From assembly GCA_030634545.1 (NCBI GenBank), contig DAOWAN010000003.1, positions 1-48,754 of the forward strand: DNA of 48,754 nt, read 5' to 3'. Within the stretch, counting starts at the first letter, position 1; the number at the start of each line of letters is the position of its first letter. The notes below the pieces were generated by a model. It worked only from the letters and a program-made list of their open reading frames with translations. It was not told the origin of the DNA and did no database searches. The DNA is from Candidatus Nanohalarchaeota archaeon (GTDB lineage Archaea; EX4484-52; B79-G9). The position numbers and the translations under genes are program-made. This document shows, piece after piece, positions 1-8,900 of this stretch.

Positions 1-132
1 GAGTGTCTGAGAATAAAAACAAATTTGAATCATTTTGCTCTGAAGGCAAAAATCTATTTGAAAGCTGCAAAAGCAGCTTTTGAAGAATTGCAGGAACTTA
101 AATTGATTCACAAAATTGGAGATTTTGCGTAA
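1..132 (+). mobile_element. C-terminal end of an IS701-family transposase (partial, runs off the window); element end near 138
   Basis: Frame 1 reads ECLRIKTNLNHFALKAKIYLKAAKAAFEELQELKLIHKIGDFA*. The KTNLNHFALKAKIY segment matches my recollection of IS701-type C-termini. Followed by GCGTAAGGTGAG. Confidence 0.7.
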
Positions 133-138
133 GGTGAG

Positions 139-263
139 TTATTATTATTCTTTAACTTCTCTATAAATCCCTTTACAATCTGTGAGGATTCTCTCTGGTG
201 CAGATTGAATTTCTGGTCCACAAAGATATGTCCAAACTCAATATTATAATTCACTTTTTTCAT
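139..263 (-). pseudogene. 5' fragment of a paralog of 273..926, interrupted by the IS
   Basis: Reads MKKVNYNIEFGHIFVDQKFNLHQRESSQIVKGFIEKLKNNN versus MEKVDYNIEFAHIYSDQ in the neighbouring gene; similarity ends at the IS boundary. Confidence 0.75.
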
Positions 264-272
264 AATAAAACC

Positions 273-926
273 TCAGAAGAATTCAGAGCGTATGTTTCTG
301 GTAAGTTCCCCATACTGTGTTGCGGATATAATATTTTTATTTGCAGCTTCTACATCAGCGTATTTTCCTGGAAGGACATTGATTACATTCCTGCCGGCAA
401 AAGGCTTTGGCACAGTCAGACCGGTTAATTCCACTGCATTCTTTGCCTGAATCACTCCGAAGCGTAGCAATACCCATGCGCAGCTCAGCAGCGCGCAGCT
501 ATACCTTGAAAAATGGATTACGTCTCCTCTTGTTTTAATCTTTATTCTTTTTCCGTTTCCTAAAGTCAGGGAAGTTATCTTTTCATTGATTATTATTTTT
601 GGATGAAATCGTATTGTACTTTTCATGTCGTGCGGGATTGACTTCAATAAAAGCCTGGCAGCAGAGACCATTTTAGATTCATAAGCAATATATGTGGGAG
701 GAACGCCCATCTTATCCAGTCTTTTCAGGAATAAATTAAAATTCAGCCTGTGAAATTTCGGGTGATATTCGTCAACCAGGAGCGTGAGCACAAAGGATTT
801 ATTGCTTCCGGCAATTCTTTCTATCAGTTTTTTGGTCGCATTCGCACTTTTAATCTGCTCATCAGTCAGACTCGACTGGTCTGAATAAATATGCGCAAAT
901 TCAATGTTGTAGTCTACTTTTTCCAT
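273..926 (-). CDS. Hypothetical protein, possibly SCO2522-like family
   Basis: 217-aa ORF with motifs IEFAHIY, LVDEY and YSCALLSCAWVLLRFG; family assignment tentative. Confidence 0.7.
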   Translation of the reverse strand: MEKVDYNIEFAHIYSDQSSLTDEQIKSANATKKLIERIAGSNKSFVLTLLVDEYHPKFHRLNFNLFLKRLDKMGVPPTYIAYESKMVSAARLLLKSIPHDMKSTIRFHPKIIINEKITSLTLGNGKRIKIKTRGDVIHFSRYSCALLSCAWVLLRFGVIQAKNAVELTGLTVPKPFAGRNVINVLPGKYADVEAANKNIISATQYGELTRNIRSEFF

Positions 927-1024
927 GATTATAGATATGTATACTGCTCGTATTTAAAGATTGATTTAAACACATAAATCCAAAAAAAAAACGATTTTTA
1001 GCCACTGAAAAGCAACTTCTAAAA

Positions 1025-2251
1025 TCACTTAAGCCGCGACGCAATCAATGCGAAAATGAATAGTATAGGTCCAATCACAAGGAACATTTGCTGTATTCCT
1101 ATTACCAGAATCAGGATTGATGCAAGTATCGGCGCTATCGTATAGCCCATGTACTGGGCGGTCTTAAATATGCCGAAAAAGACATTTACTTTGTGAGGAG
1201 GACAGTGCTTCAGGATATAGGCATCCTTAAACGGCTCAACCATTGCTGCACCGATACAGGCTGTTAAGAATAGCGCAACAATAGCATATTGAGAATAGAA
1301 GAAATAAACCAGGGTCATGGCTGTTGAGGATATTACAAAGCCTGCGACTATAAACCGCTTTGTGGTGATCCGCTTTGACATTCGCGTAAACGGGATTTCC
1401 AGAAAAATCAGTGGCAGTACGAGCGCACCTGTCATCAGACCAATCAATATTTTACTGACCCCGAACCCACTAAGAATTATCGGAAGATAAATCCACTGCG
1501 TTGAAAAAAGCATGTATAGCCCGAAGCTTGCAAAATATACAAGTACAAGATTCCGGTACTGGACAAAATGTTTCACCTCATGTGCAATTGTCTTCACACC
1601 AAAATAATATGTTGCCGGCAGAAATGACTTATTAATCACATGCGCACGGATATAGTGAAAATTAAGATTGCCGTGTATTCTGTGGTCCTTCAGATGGGTC
1701 TTTTCAAGGGATAAGAAAGCAACAGTTGTAAAAAGAGCGGCAATAAGAAAAATAGCGTTCATCCCATACTTCATAAAAACAATACCGCTTATGACGGGGG
1801 CTATAAGCCATGCAACATTTGAAAAAGTATAAAATTTCCCTTCTGAACTTTCGATATCATCTTTTCTTGAAACAGTTTTCACAAGTACTCCAAGAGTGAG
1901 AAATGCACTTGTTGCCATAACCACTCTCATGCTTTCCACAAGCACAAGATCAACTACACTAGTTACAAGAGTCAGGACAACAAAACATACGCAAAGCATA
2001 ATCGTCGCAGTTTTCAATACCAGCACTCTTCCGTACTTCTGCATCAACTCACCTGAAAGCAGGCAGAAGATAAGTCCGAAAAACGAAGTGATACCATAGA
2101 TTACGCCGACCATCGCTTCACTGCCTGTGAGACTTTTCATAAATAGAGGATATACTGGTGCGATAACAGCTGCGGAAAAGGTATACAAAAATACGGAAAT
2201 AGATAAGCGACCAATACGGTTAATGCGCATCTTGTGCCTGTGAAACATCAT
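1025..2251 (-). CDS. MFS transporter
   Basis: About 12 hydrophobic segments; GELMQKYGR motif-A-like loop. Confidence 0.88.
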   Translation of the reverse strand: MMFHRHKMRINRIGRLSISVFLYTFSAAVIAPVYPLFMKSLTGSEAMVGVIYGITSFFGLIFCLLSGELMQKYGRVLVLKTATIMLCVCFVVLTLVTSVVDLVLVESMRVVMATSAFLTLGVLVKTVSRKDDIESSEGKFYTFSNVAWLIAPVISGIVFMKYGMNAIFLIAALFTTVAFLSLEKTHLKDHRIHGNLNFHYIRAHVINKSFLPATYYFGVKTIAHEVKHFVQYRNLVLVYFASFGLYMLFSTQWIYLPIILSGFGVSKILIGLMTGALVLPLIFLEIPFTRMSKRITTKRFIVAGFVISSTAMTLVYFFYSQYAIVALFLTACIGAAMVEPFKDAYILKHCPPHKVNVFFGIFKTAQYMGYTIAPILASILILVIGIQQMFLVIGPILFIFALIASRLK

Positions 2252-2374
2252 AGGCTATTATTAGCTGCCGCAGGATATAAAGATTGTTGGAGAATCAATG
2301 TTCAACGCACAGGTAAATTAGTTTTCATCCTGAAATTGCTTTTCACGATAGAATAAATTATAGCTGCCAGCCCC

Positions 2375-3124
2375 TTAAACATCTTCACAGATATCTGAAA
2401 GGCATGGAAATGCTTCGCGGGTATGCTTTACTTGTTTCAAATCTATTTCTACGTTCAAAACATGTTCATCAGTATCATCTAATATGCCAATCATTTCTCC
2501 TTTTGGATTTACTGCCTGGCTTCTTCCGCCTGAGAAATTACCAATACCATTTACACCAACCACGAAAAACTGGTTCTCTATGGCTCTTGCTCTCAATAAT
2601 ATGTTCCAGTGCTCAATCCTATTTTCTGGCCATTGGGCTGGTAAAAAAACTGCATCGGTCCCATTTTTCATCAATGCTCTCCAAAATTCTGGGAATCTAA
2701 GGTCATAACAGATTGCTATGCTGAGTTTGCCGAAACATGTCTCAAATACAATTACTTCATTACCTCTTGTCAATCCCTTGTCAAATTCACTAATCAGGTG
2801 TGTCTTTCTGTATTTTGCAGCTAAGTTACCTGCTTTATTGAATACCAGGTATGAATTGTATTGTTTTTTATTTTGCTTTTCTAAAAAACCACAACCAATA
2901 AACACGCTGTTATCGCGGGCTATTTTTGATAACTCATCAGAGGTATTTCCATCTATTTCCTGAGCGTATTTATCAAACTCCCCGCTGCAATAGCCGGTTA
3001 CTGCTAATTCCGGGAATAGCACAAAATCCGCATCCCTGTTCTTAAAGACATAATCGCGAATCTTATCTATGTTGTCCTGTATCTTTCCGATTTTTGATTC
3101 CATCTGGACTATAGCAATTTTCAT
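2375..3124 (-). CDS. Carbon-nitrogen hydrolase (nitrilase/amidase superfamily)
   Basis: FPEL, YRKTHL, ICYDLRFPE and RAIENQ motifs (E-K-C triad). Confidence 0.92.
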   Translation of the reverse strand: MKIAIVQMESKIGKIQDNIDKIRDYVFKNRDADFVLFPELAVTGYCSGEFDKYAQEIDGNTSDELSKIARDNSVFIGCGFLEKQNKKQYNSYLVFNKAGNLAAKYRKTHLISEFDKGLTRGNEVIVFETCFGKLSIAICYDLRFPEFWRALMKNGTDAVFLPAQWPENRIEHWNILLRARAIENQFFVVGVNGIGNFSGGRSQAVNPKGEMIGILDDTDEHVLNVEIDLKQVKHTREAFPCLSDICEDV

Positions 3125-3164
3125 TTCTATCACGGCACTTATGTCTGAAACTTAAAACACTGTT

Positions 3165-4214
3165 TCAGACCCTTATCTCACCTACGAAATTTTTCATCAT
3201 CATCTTTCTGATGGTCTTTGGGTCATCGTCGAAATTACCCATTATCCACATTAATTTTACGAGCGCAGTCTCTGTTGTCATGTCATTGCATGGTATTGCC
3301 CCTGCCCTCATTGCTTTCTGCCCTACCTCGTAAAGAGTCATATCAACTTCGCCAAACGGGTTTTGCGTAGTGACGAATACACATACATTTTTCTCTACAA
3401 GCATCTTAATCTTCTTAACAAGAGAATTTTCAATGAATGGAATATTGCCTGGACCGAAGGCTTCAATGACCACACATTTGAAATCAGTTAGTTTATCGAA
3501 TATCTGCGGCCTTAAACCAGGGTAGATTTTTACCAGAAATATACGGTCATCTGCAATTTTAGAGAATGTTTTCGGTTTTTTACAATCTTTTACAGAGCGC
3601 ATACTGTATTTTTCGTTAAAGACTATCTTTCTCTTGTGATTATCCACAAAGCTTCCTATCATTTCACCAACGAGATGATAATTTATGCTTGAATAGACAT
3701 TAAGGTTCTCATTTGTAATCCTTGTCGCTTCATTTGTGACTTTCTTTGCCTTGCATCCTTTGATAATCTTCCCGTGAAAAACTACGCAAACCTCATTTAT
3801 GCCGGAACATGCGACAATCACAGAATCAATAAAATTTTGCTCTGCATCACTTCCTTCTTTTTCAAATGTCTTTACACTGCCTGTCAACACTATGGGCTTG
3901 CCTGTATTCTGCAGCATAAAAGAAAGAGCAGTTGAAGTATAATGCATTGTATCTGTCCCGTGGGTAATCACAAAACCGTCATAGTTGTCATATTGCCTTG
4001 TAATCTCTTCTGCGATCAGAGACCAGTGGTGCGGCTGTATATTCGCACTATCAATATTAAAAAGCATCCTGCCTTCAATATCCGCTATTTTTCTGACTTC
4101 AGGGAAAAAAGAAATTAATTCATCTGTATTATGCACGGGTCTTAATCCATCTTTTGTCTTTACAGATGCTATTGTCCCGCCGGTACCTATTACCAAAATT
4201 TTCTTCTTTGCCAT
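3165..4214 (-). CDS. ansA: Type I L-asparaginase
   Basis: GTGGTIAS and HGTDTM motifs; lacks the GatD N-terminal domain. Confidence 0.85.
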   Translation of the reverse strand: MAKKKILVIGTGGTIASVKTKDGLRPVHNTDELISFFPEVRKIADIEGRMLFNIDSANIQPHHWSLIAEEITRQYDNYDGFVITHGTDTMHYTSTALSFMLQNTGKPIVLTGSVKTFEKEGSDAEQNFIDSVIVACSGINEVCVVFHGKIIKGCKAKKVTNEATRITNENLNVYSSINYHLVGEMIGSFVDNHKRKIVFNEKYSMRSVKDCKKPKTFSKIADDRIFLVKIYPGLRPQIFDKLTDFKCVVIEAFGPGNIPFIENSLVKKIKMLVEKNVCVFVTTQNPFGEVDMTLYEVGQKAMRAGAIPCNDMTTETALVKLMWIMGNFDDDPKTIRKMMMKNFVGEIRV

Positions 4215-4371
4215 GAAATCTTCTCCATTATTTAAACTTCACTTAAATGTTGATTTAAACTTCTGTCCTATTGTTCCAAAAGTTTATTCTAATAGATTAG
4301 AAAATCGTCAAAGCAGTAAACTGAATGTAAGTCCAATTCAAAATATGCTTTCAGACTATGCAATTCTAAAA

Positions 4372-4641
4372 TCAATCTTCCATGGCTTCTGGTGCAGAAA
4401 TATGCTTGATTATCGCAATGTCATCTACAGCGCGAATCATCGCATAGGGGATTATAACGCCGCGCTTGCCGCCGACAACACTTGCAAGATAAGAACCTTT
4501 TGCAGCATCAACCACTATCGCCCGCAGTCTGAATTTTGACAGGTCAAATTCAACATCTGCAATTTTCCCGCAATAAGATCCTTTGTCTGTGAAAATATCT
4601 TTTCCCATTACTTCACTCATTTCCTGTTCATTGACAACCAT
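4372..4641 (-). CDS. PRC-barrel protein (CdpB-like)
   Basis: GKDIFTDKGSYCGKIADV and IIPYAMIRAVDDIAII; GAGGTG SD before ATG 4641. Confidence 0.85.
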   Translation of the reverse strand: MVVNEQEMSEVMGKDIFTDKGSYCGKIADVEFDLSKFRLRAIVVDAAKGSYLASVVGGKRGVIIPYAMIRAVDDIAIIKHISAPEAMED

Positions 4642-4761
4642 ATGAAAACACCTCTTGATAAGCAATAATATGCTAATAGCGCTGCAAACTTTATACTATT
4701 AAGTATTATTAGTGGGGGAACATTATTAAAACTTTTGATTTAAACATAACAGATACTCTGC

Positions 4762-4890
4762 GTCAGGGTCGCCTAGCTCGGTATGGCGGTAGCCTGCTAA
4801 GTTACTGTCCGCAAGGACTCGAGGGTTCAAAATAGTTGTATTTGAGGGTCTTTTGATTCTCCGGCTCTGAAAATCCCTTCCCTGACGCCA
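4762..4890 (+). tRNA. tRNA-Ser(GCT) with a 42-nt intron (4832-4873) in the T-loop; CCA encoded
   Basis: Acceptor GTCAGGG/CCCTGAC, discriminator G, then CCA. Anticodon stem GTAGC/GTTAC with GCT at 4796-4798. Variable arm GTCC-GCAA-GGAC. T-stem GAGGG/CCCTT. Central helix TTCA/TGAA with 3-nt bulges. Confidence 0.93.
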
Positions 4891-5049
4891 ATTTTTTCTA
4901 TCAACCTCACTCATTAAAAAAGTTTGGAAATAAACACACAGAACGATAATTTGCATGAAAATCTTCTTCTCTTCTATCTTTTTCTTCCACGACCGATAAG
5001 TTTATAAATGTGCATTACTATTTAATAGTAATAACTGATAGGTAATCCA

Positions 5050-5472
5050 ATGACATTCACATCCGCATTAGCAGGAACTGCGCTGACATCTGTGCTATTC
5101 ATAACGCTTTTCGGCATGGTTGCGCTAATTATGAACAGCGCAATGGCGCATACAGATACTATGCTTGAAAACATGAACAACTACAAGGATAACCCAACTG
5201 AAGAGAACAAACTTGCACTTGAGCAAAGCATAGATGATACGAATACATATATGACAGACATCAGCTCAGTATCAGCAGAATTTCTCAAAAAATACCTTGA
5301 TACTGTAGATTCATCCATCCTGACTGACGACGAGAAAAAATCACTTATAGAAGCCAAAAAAATGCTTGACAAGATAGAGACAAAAGACCCAGAGGATCCT
5401 GATGCAATTGTGTTGAAAAACAGTCTGCAATCCATACTAGATAAACTCGACAGCCCTGCGACTACATCCTGA
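5050..5472 (+). CDS. Hypothetical membrane-anchored helical protein
   Basis: N-terminal hydrophobic helix, acidic helical remainder, AGGT SD-like site. Confidence 0.7.
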   Translation: MTFTSALAGTALTSVLFITLFGMVALIMNSAMAHTDTMLENMNNYKDNPTEENKLALEQSIDDTNTYMTDISSVSAEFLKKYLDTVDSSILTDDEKKSLIEAKKMLDKIETKDPEDPDAIVLKNSLQSILDKLDSPATTS

Positions 5473-6478
5473 ATCTCAGGAATGCGGCAACGCCGCCGAG
5501 GGCATGCAGTTTCTCTCCTGCCTCATGAGTGGTGTTTATAATCATGACTTCTCCTTTCTGTTTCTTCTGCTCATCAATCATCTTTTCAATGTCATTATCG
5601 CGCATAAGCTTATCAGATACCAGAACCAAAGAAACAGCTCCGCATCCTACGGCGTCGATGACATGACTGCGCCCGTAAGTCACAAGTTTGCTGTCTTTTG
5701 CGATATCTGTAAGAAATGATTCTACTTTTGCGGTTTCTGAAGATATCCTGCTCTCTTTCATCACTCTTTCGAGTCCGCCGCGCTTAATGACCTCATTGAT
5801 ACCGGTCTTTCCGGTCACACTTGAGACTTCAAGTGCTATTTTTGCTTTCAGGGCGGCATCTTTTACAGCAGAGTATAGGTTGTCTCTAGTGAAGCCCGGT
5901 CCTGCGACAATTATCTTGTCGCACAGTTCCATGTTTTCTGAAAGATATGCAATGACCTCGTCATAATATACTGACGGGGACTCTCCACCGTACAGTTTTC
6001 CTGCGGATTTAGCAGAAATTGATGCCTTGTTAACTATTTTCACATCACTGGCAAGAGCGAAATCTGCTCGTCTGTCATCCATGACACAAATAAGCACTTT
6101 TGAGCCGCGGCATTTCAAAGAATCATTCAGGCGAAGAATGTCGGTACTTCGCCATGCTTTCTCAACTGAAATTATTGTATTTATATCAACAAGTATGCTG
6201 TGATAGCCGAACTGAATATCATCTGGTCCTGCTATGATCTTGCCATGCACACGCAGATGCACACCCTCCTCATCAAATGATACCTTTTCTACTTTTAGCT
6301 TCAGATAGACTGGCTTTTTCTCGCCCTTATCTGATGCCTGAAGTGTCCGAAGAGTTCTTGCACCTACAATATCCCCTACTGAGAGTATACTTTTCAGGTT
6401 CCACAAATCATCTGCATTTTCCGGCTTAATCTTTGTCTCATGCTTAAAATCCTTTTTTAAGAGCTTCATACAAACCAC
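5462..6478 (-). CDS. pelA: Pelota (Dom34) ribosome-rescue factor
   Basis: PENADDLWNL, IIVAGPGF and HEAGEKLHALGGVAAFLRF motifs. Confidence 0.95.
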   Translation of the reverse strand: MVCMKLLKKDFKHETKIKPENADDLWNLKSILSVGDIVGARTLRTLQASDKGEKKPVYLKLKVEKVSFDEEGVHLRVHGKIIAGPDDIQFGYHSILVDINTIISVEKAWRSTDILRLNDSLKCRGSKVLICVMDDRRADFALASDVKIVNKASISAKSAGKLYGGESPSVYYDEVIAYLSENMELCDKIIVAGPGFTRDNLYSAVKDAALKAKIALEVSSVTGKTGINEVIKRGGLERVMKESRISSETAKVESFLTDIAKDSKLVTYGRSHVIDAVGCGAVSLVLVSDKLMRDNDIEKMIDEQKKQKGEVMIINTTHEAGEKLHALGGVAAFLRFRM

Positions 6479-6519
6479 ACTTATATATATACTGTTACCT
6501 TAAAATAATAAGGATTACT

Positions 6520-7665
6520 ATGGAAGATTTTGTTAAAGTACTGGTAGTGGGACTGTTTATATTTGCACTTGCACTTGTAGTATTCGGGCAACTCCCAGAA
6601 TATACTAAAGACGATAATAAAGAAACAATAGATGAAGACATAATATATTCAACTGAGGCCGTAGGCGATATTGGTCTTATAGCGTCACGAACCAGAACTA
6701 TCTCTCTTGGCACATTTGATGTCGGGTACACAATCGGAAGAGACAAAGAAATAACAGAAGACACAGTGACAATTGAGAACGGATGGTTCAAAAAAACATC
6801 AAAACATATCACATTCTCTGGTGAAGAAGCAGATAAAGCAGTTATTGAATTTGATGTGGCTGATATGAATGAGTACGGCAATCTCACACTGACATTAAAT
6901 ACAGAAGAGATATACTCTAACATAACATACCCACGGAAGTTTGTATTGATAGTGGATGATATTAAGCCAACTAATGATATTGTAATCTCTGCCACAACGT
7001 CGTGTATGCGATTCTGGGCTCCTACAACATACCTGCTGGAAGATCTTAGTGTGATTGTAGAGAAATACAATGATAAGACGAAAGTATTGCCATTTGAAAT
7101 TTTCCTGTATGAATACAAAGGATGGGGTCGCGGAACACTCTCGTTTTCAGTAGATGATACGCAGGGATTTGAAGATCTTATTATATTGATCAATGAAAAA
7201 ATAGTTTACGAAGGAAGACCGTTACCTGGCGACATTATTGAAAAGGAGTTTACAAAAAAGGATATGACTTTAATACCAGGTGAGAATCTTATAACATTTA
7301 AGACCAGAAAAGGAGTTACTTATAATCTTGAAAATGTTGAGTTGATGGTTTCTTATTACGGCAGCGGCGAATCTAATATTAAGGTAATCAATTTTGATGC
7401 TGACCCGTGGTGGACTATATTAGGTCAAACAGCAAATGTGACTGGTGAGATTAAATTCTTTACAGAAAAAGTAAATATCGACAGTGGAATTACAGTTTAT
7501 CTGAATGATAAGACATACTATATACCAAGTCTAGAGGAAAACGAATGGTTTACAGTTGAGTTTACGTCTGATGACCTGAAAGAAAAAGATAATGAGTTAA
7601 AATTCTCTGCTACGGGTAGCTATAGGATAAGCAGTCTTGAGATAGATGTTGCGGCTACGGAATGA
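6520..7665 (+). CDS. Hypothetical secreted or surface beta-rich protein
   Basis: N-terminal signal/TM segment; acidic, beta-strand-like repeats. Confidence 0.8.
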   Translation: MEDFVKVLVVGLFIFALALVVFGQLPEYTKDDNKETIDEDIIYSTEAVGDIGLIASRTRTISLGTFDVGYTIGRDKEITEDTVTIENGWFKKTSKHITFSGEEADKAVIEFDVADMNEYGNLTLTLNTEEIYSNITYPRKFVLIVDDIKPTNDIVISATTSCMRFWAPTTYLLEDLSVIVEKYNDKTKVLPFEIFLYEYKGWGRGTLSFSVDDTQGFEDLIILINEKIVYEGRPLPGDIIEKEFTKKDMTLIPGENLITFKTRKGVTYNLENVELMVSYYGSGESNIKVINFDADPWWTILGQTANVTGEIKFFTEKVNIDSGITVYLNDKTYYIPSLEENEWFTVEFTSDDLKEKDNELKFSATGSYRISSLEIDVAATE

Positions 7666-7857
7666 TGCCATGAAAATCCTGATATTATCGCAGGTAATAC
7701 TTATTTCAGCATAGGATATTATCAAGAACCCTTAACTGCTTTAAGAATTCTTTTTTCATCTGAGAGCAAATGGGTTTTACTGAAGTGCTAAATGACGCAC
7801 ATAACCCCATAGTCTGTAACGACCAGAAGCATAATAAATATTAAAGAACAATTATGC

Positions 7858-8532
7858 ATGAAAGATATGAATACAAAAAAAGGATGTCTTCTATTCCCTT
7901 GCTTTGACACACTTACAGGGGCGATTTTTGAAAGAAATGCGCGCGGTCATGTAACTTTTGCGTGCAGGGAGTGCCAGAGATCATGCAATTCGGAGTCAAA
8001 AACATCTCCTGAAACGCCAGTAGAGACATTATACTTTCAAAAAATTAGTCTCTTAAAACCTGAATTCAATGCATTTTCTGATGGTGTAAAAGTAATTGAC
8101 TGCCTGAAAAATACTGACGGCATCTGCAAACAGAGTGTCGTGATACTATCTCAAGAAGAAAAAAAAGAGGCTATGGAAATAGAGAAGCAGGATAATTACG
8201 AAAATATAGGTATCTATTCCAGCTTAACGAGAGATATCACAATTGCCTGCGCACATGACTCGCTTCTGAGACCTCCTCCTATGCCTGTTGTCCTTCTTGT
8301 GAAAGATAGAGAAATTGTTGGTGAGATGACTTGTGATGGGAGAAAGTTCTATGAGGGTGTGTCTGAATGCGCTTGCGTTTTTCCACCAATAGATTTCCCG
8401 GAAATTGATAGATTCGGTGAAAATATTGTGTCTGCTTCTCCTGGAATCATGCTTGATAAGTGGCTAAGAGAAAAAATGAAGATAAGACCAACAGATGCGA
8501 CTCTTCTGATTGGACTTAACCGGATGCGATAA
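7858..8532 (+). CDS. Hypothetical Cys-rich protein
   Basis: 224-aa ORF with CRECQRSC and CAC motifs. Confidence 0.7.
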   Translation: MKDMNTKKGCLLFPCFDTLTGAIFERNARGHVTFACRECQRSCNSESKTSPETPVETLYFQKISLLKPEFNAFSDGVKVIDCLKNTDGICKQSVVILSQEEKKEAMEIEKQDNYENIGIYSSLTRDITIACAHDSLLRPPPMPVVLLVKDREIVGEMTCDGRKFYEGVSECACVFPPIDFPEIDRFGENIVSASPGIMLDKWLREKMKIRPTDATLLIGLNRMR

Positions 8533-8674
8533 TCAAAACAATAATAACTGCAAGAATGAATAAAAGAATAGTAAATAAATTCAGACCAACTATACCCGGA
8601 ACAAAATAAATCTTGGCAAGAAAAACAGAAATAAAAAGTATTGCTCCGAGGGTAACAGCAATATACAGATTCAT
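8516..8674 (-). CDS. Small two-TM membrane protein (52 aa)
   Basis: MNLYIAVTLGAILFISVFLAKIYFVPGIVGLNLFTILLFILAVIIVLIIASG*; TTATAA about 27 nt upstream. Confidence 0.6.
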   Translation of the reverse strand: MNLYIAVTLGAILFISVFLAKIYFVPGIVGLNLFTILLFILAVIIVLIIASG

Positions 8675-8724
8675 ACTCTTTCTCTTGTATCACCAGAAAT
8701 TTATAATTATGCATCATGACCACC

Positions 8725-8865
8725 GGGTTGTGCGTAGGTTGTGTACACAGGTCGTTGTGTTCGAAAACACCCTAGTTTGAACACCCGGTGAGTTCGTGTG
8801 GAATGAGGATACGGAAGTCTCTGCAAACCGGTTTTACGCAGTCCAGTTGAAATATCAGGCAACCC
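8725..8865 (+). ncRNA. Candidate structured ncRNA of unknown class (141 nt)
   Basis: GC-enriched intergenic segment. Stems GGGTTG/CAACCC, TGCGTAGG/TTTACGCA, GTGTT-CGAA-AACAC, CCGGT/ACCGG and AC-GGAA-GT. TATA at 8700-8707. Confidence 0.55.
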
Positions 8866-8900
8866 AATAATATTTATAGAATCATGCCAAATAACAGACT

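Noticed and set aside
4726-4956. 76-aa minus-strand ORF
   Set aside because: Antisense to the tRNA-Ser gene.
6495-7193. 232-aa antisense ORF, and similar shadows at 17074-17766 and 28160-28792
   Set aside because: Shadow ORFs of better-supported genes on the other strand.
8725-8866. Intron-containing tRNA-Cys (CT-GCA-AA loop) or group II intron (GTGCG)
   Set aside because: T-stem and D-arm do not pair, and there is no domain V.
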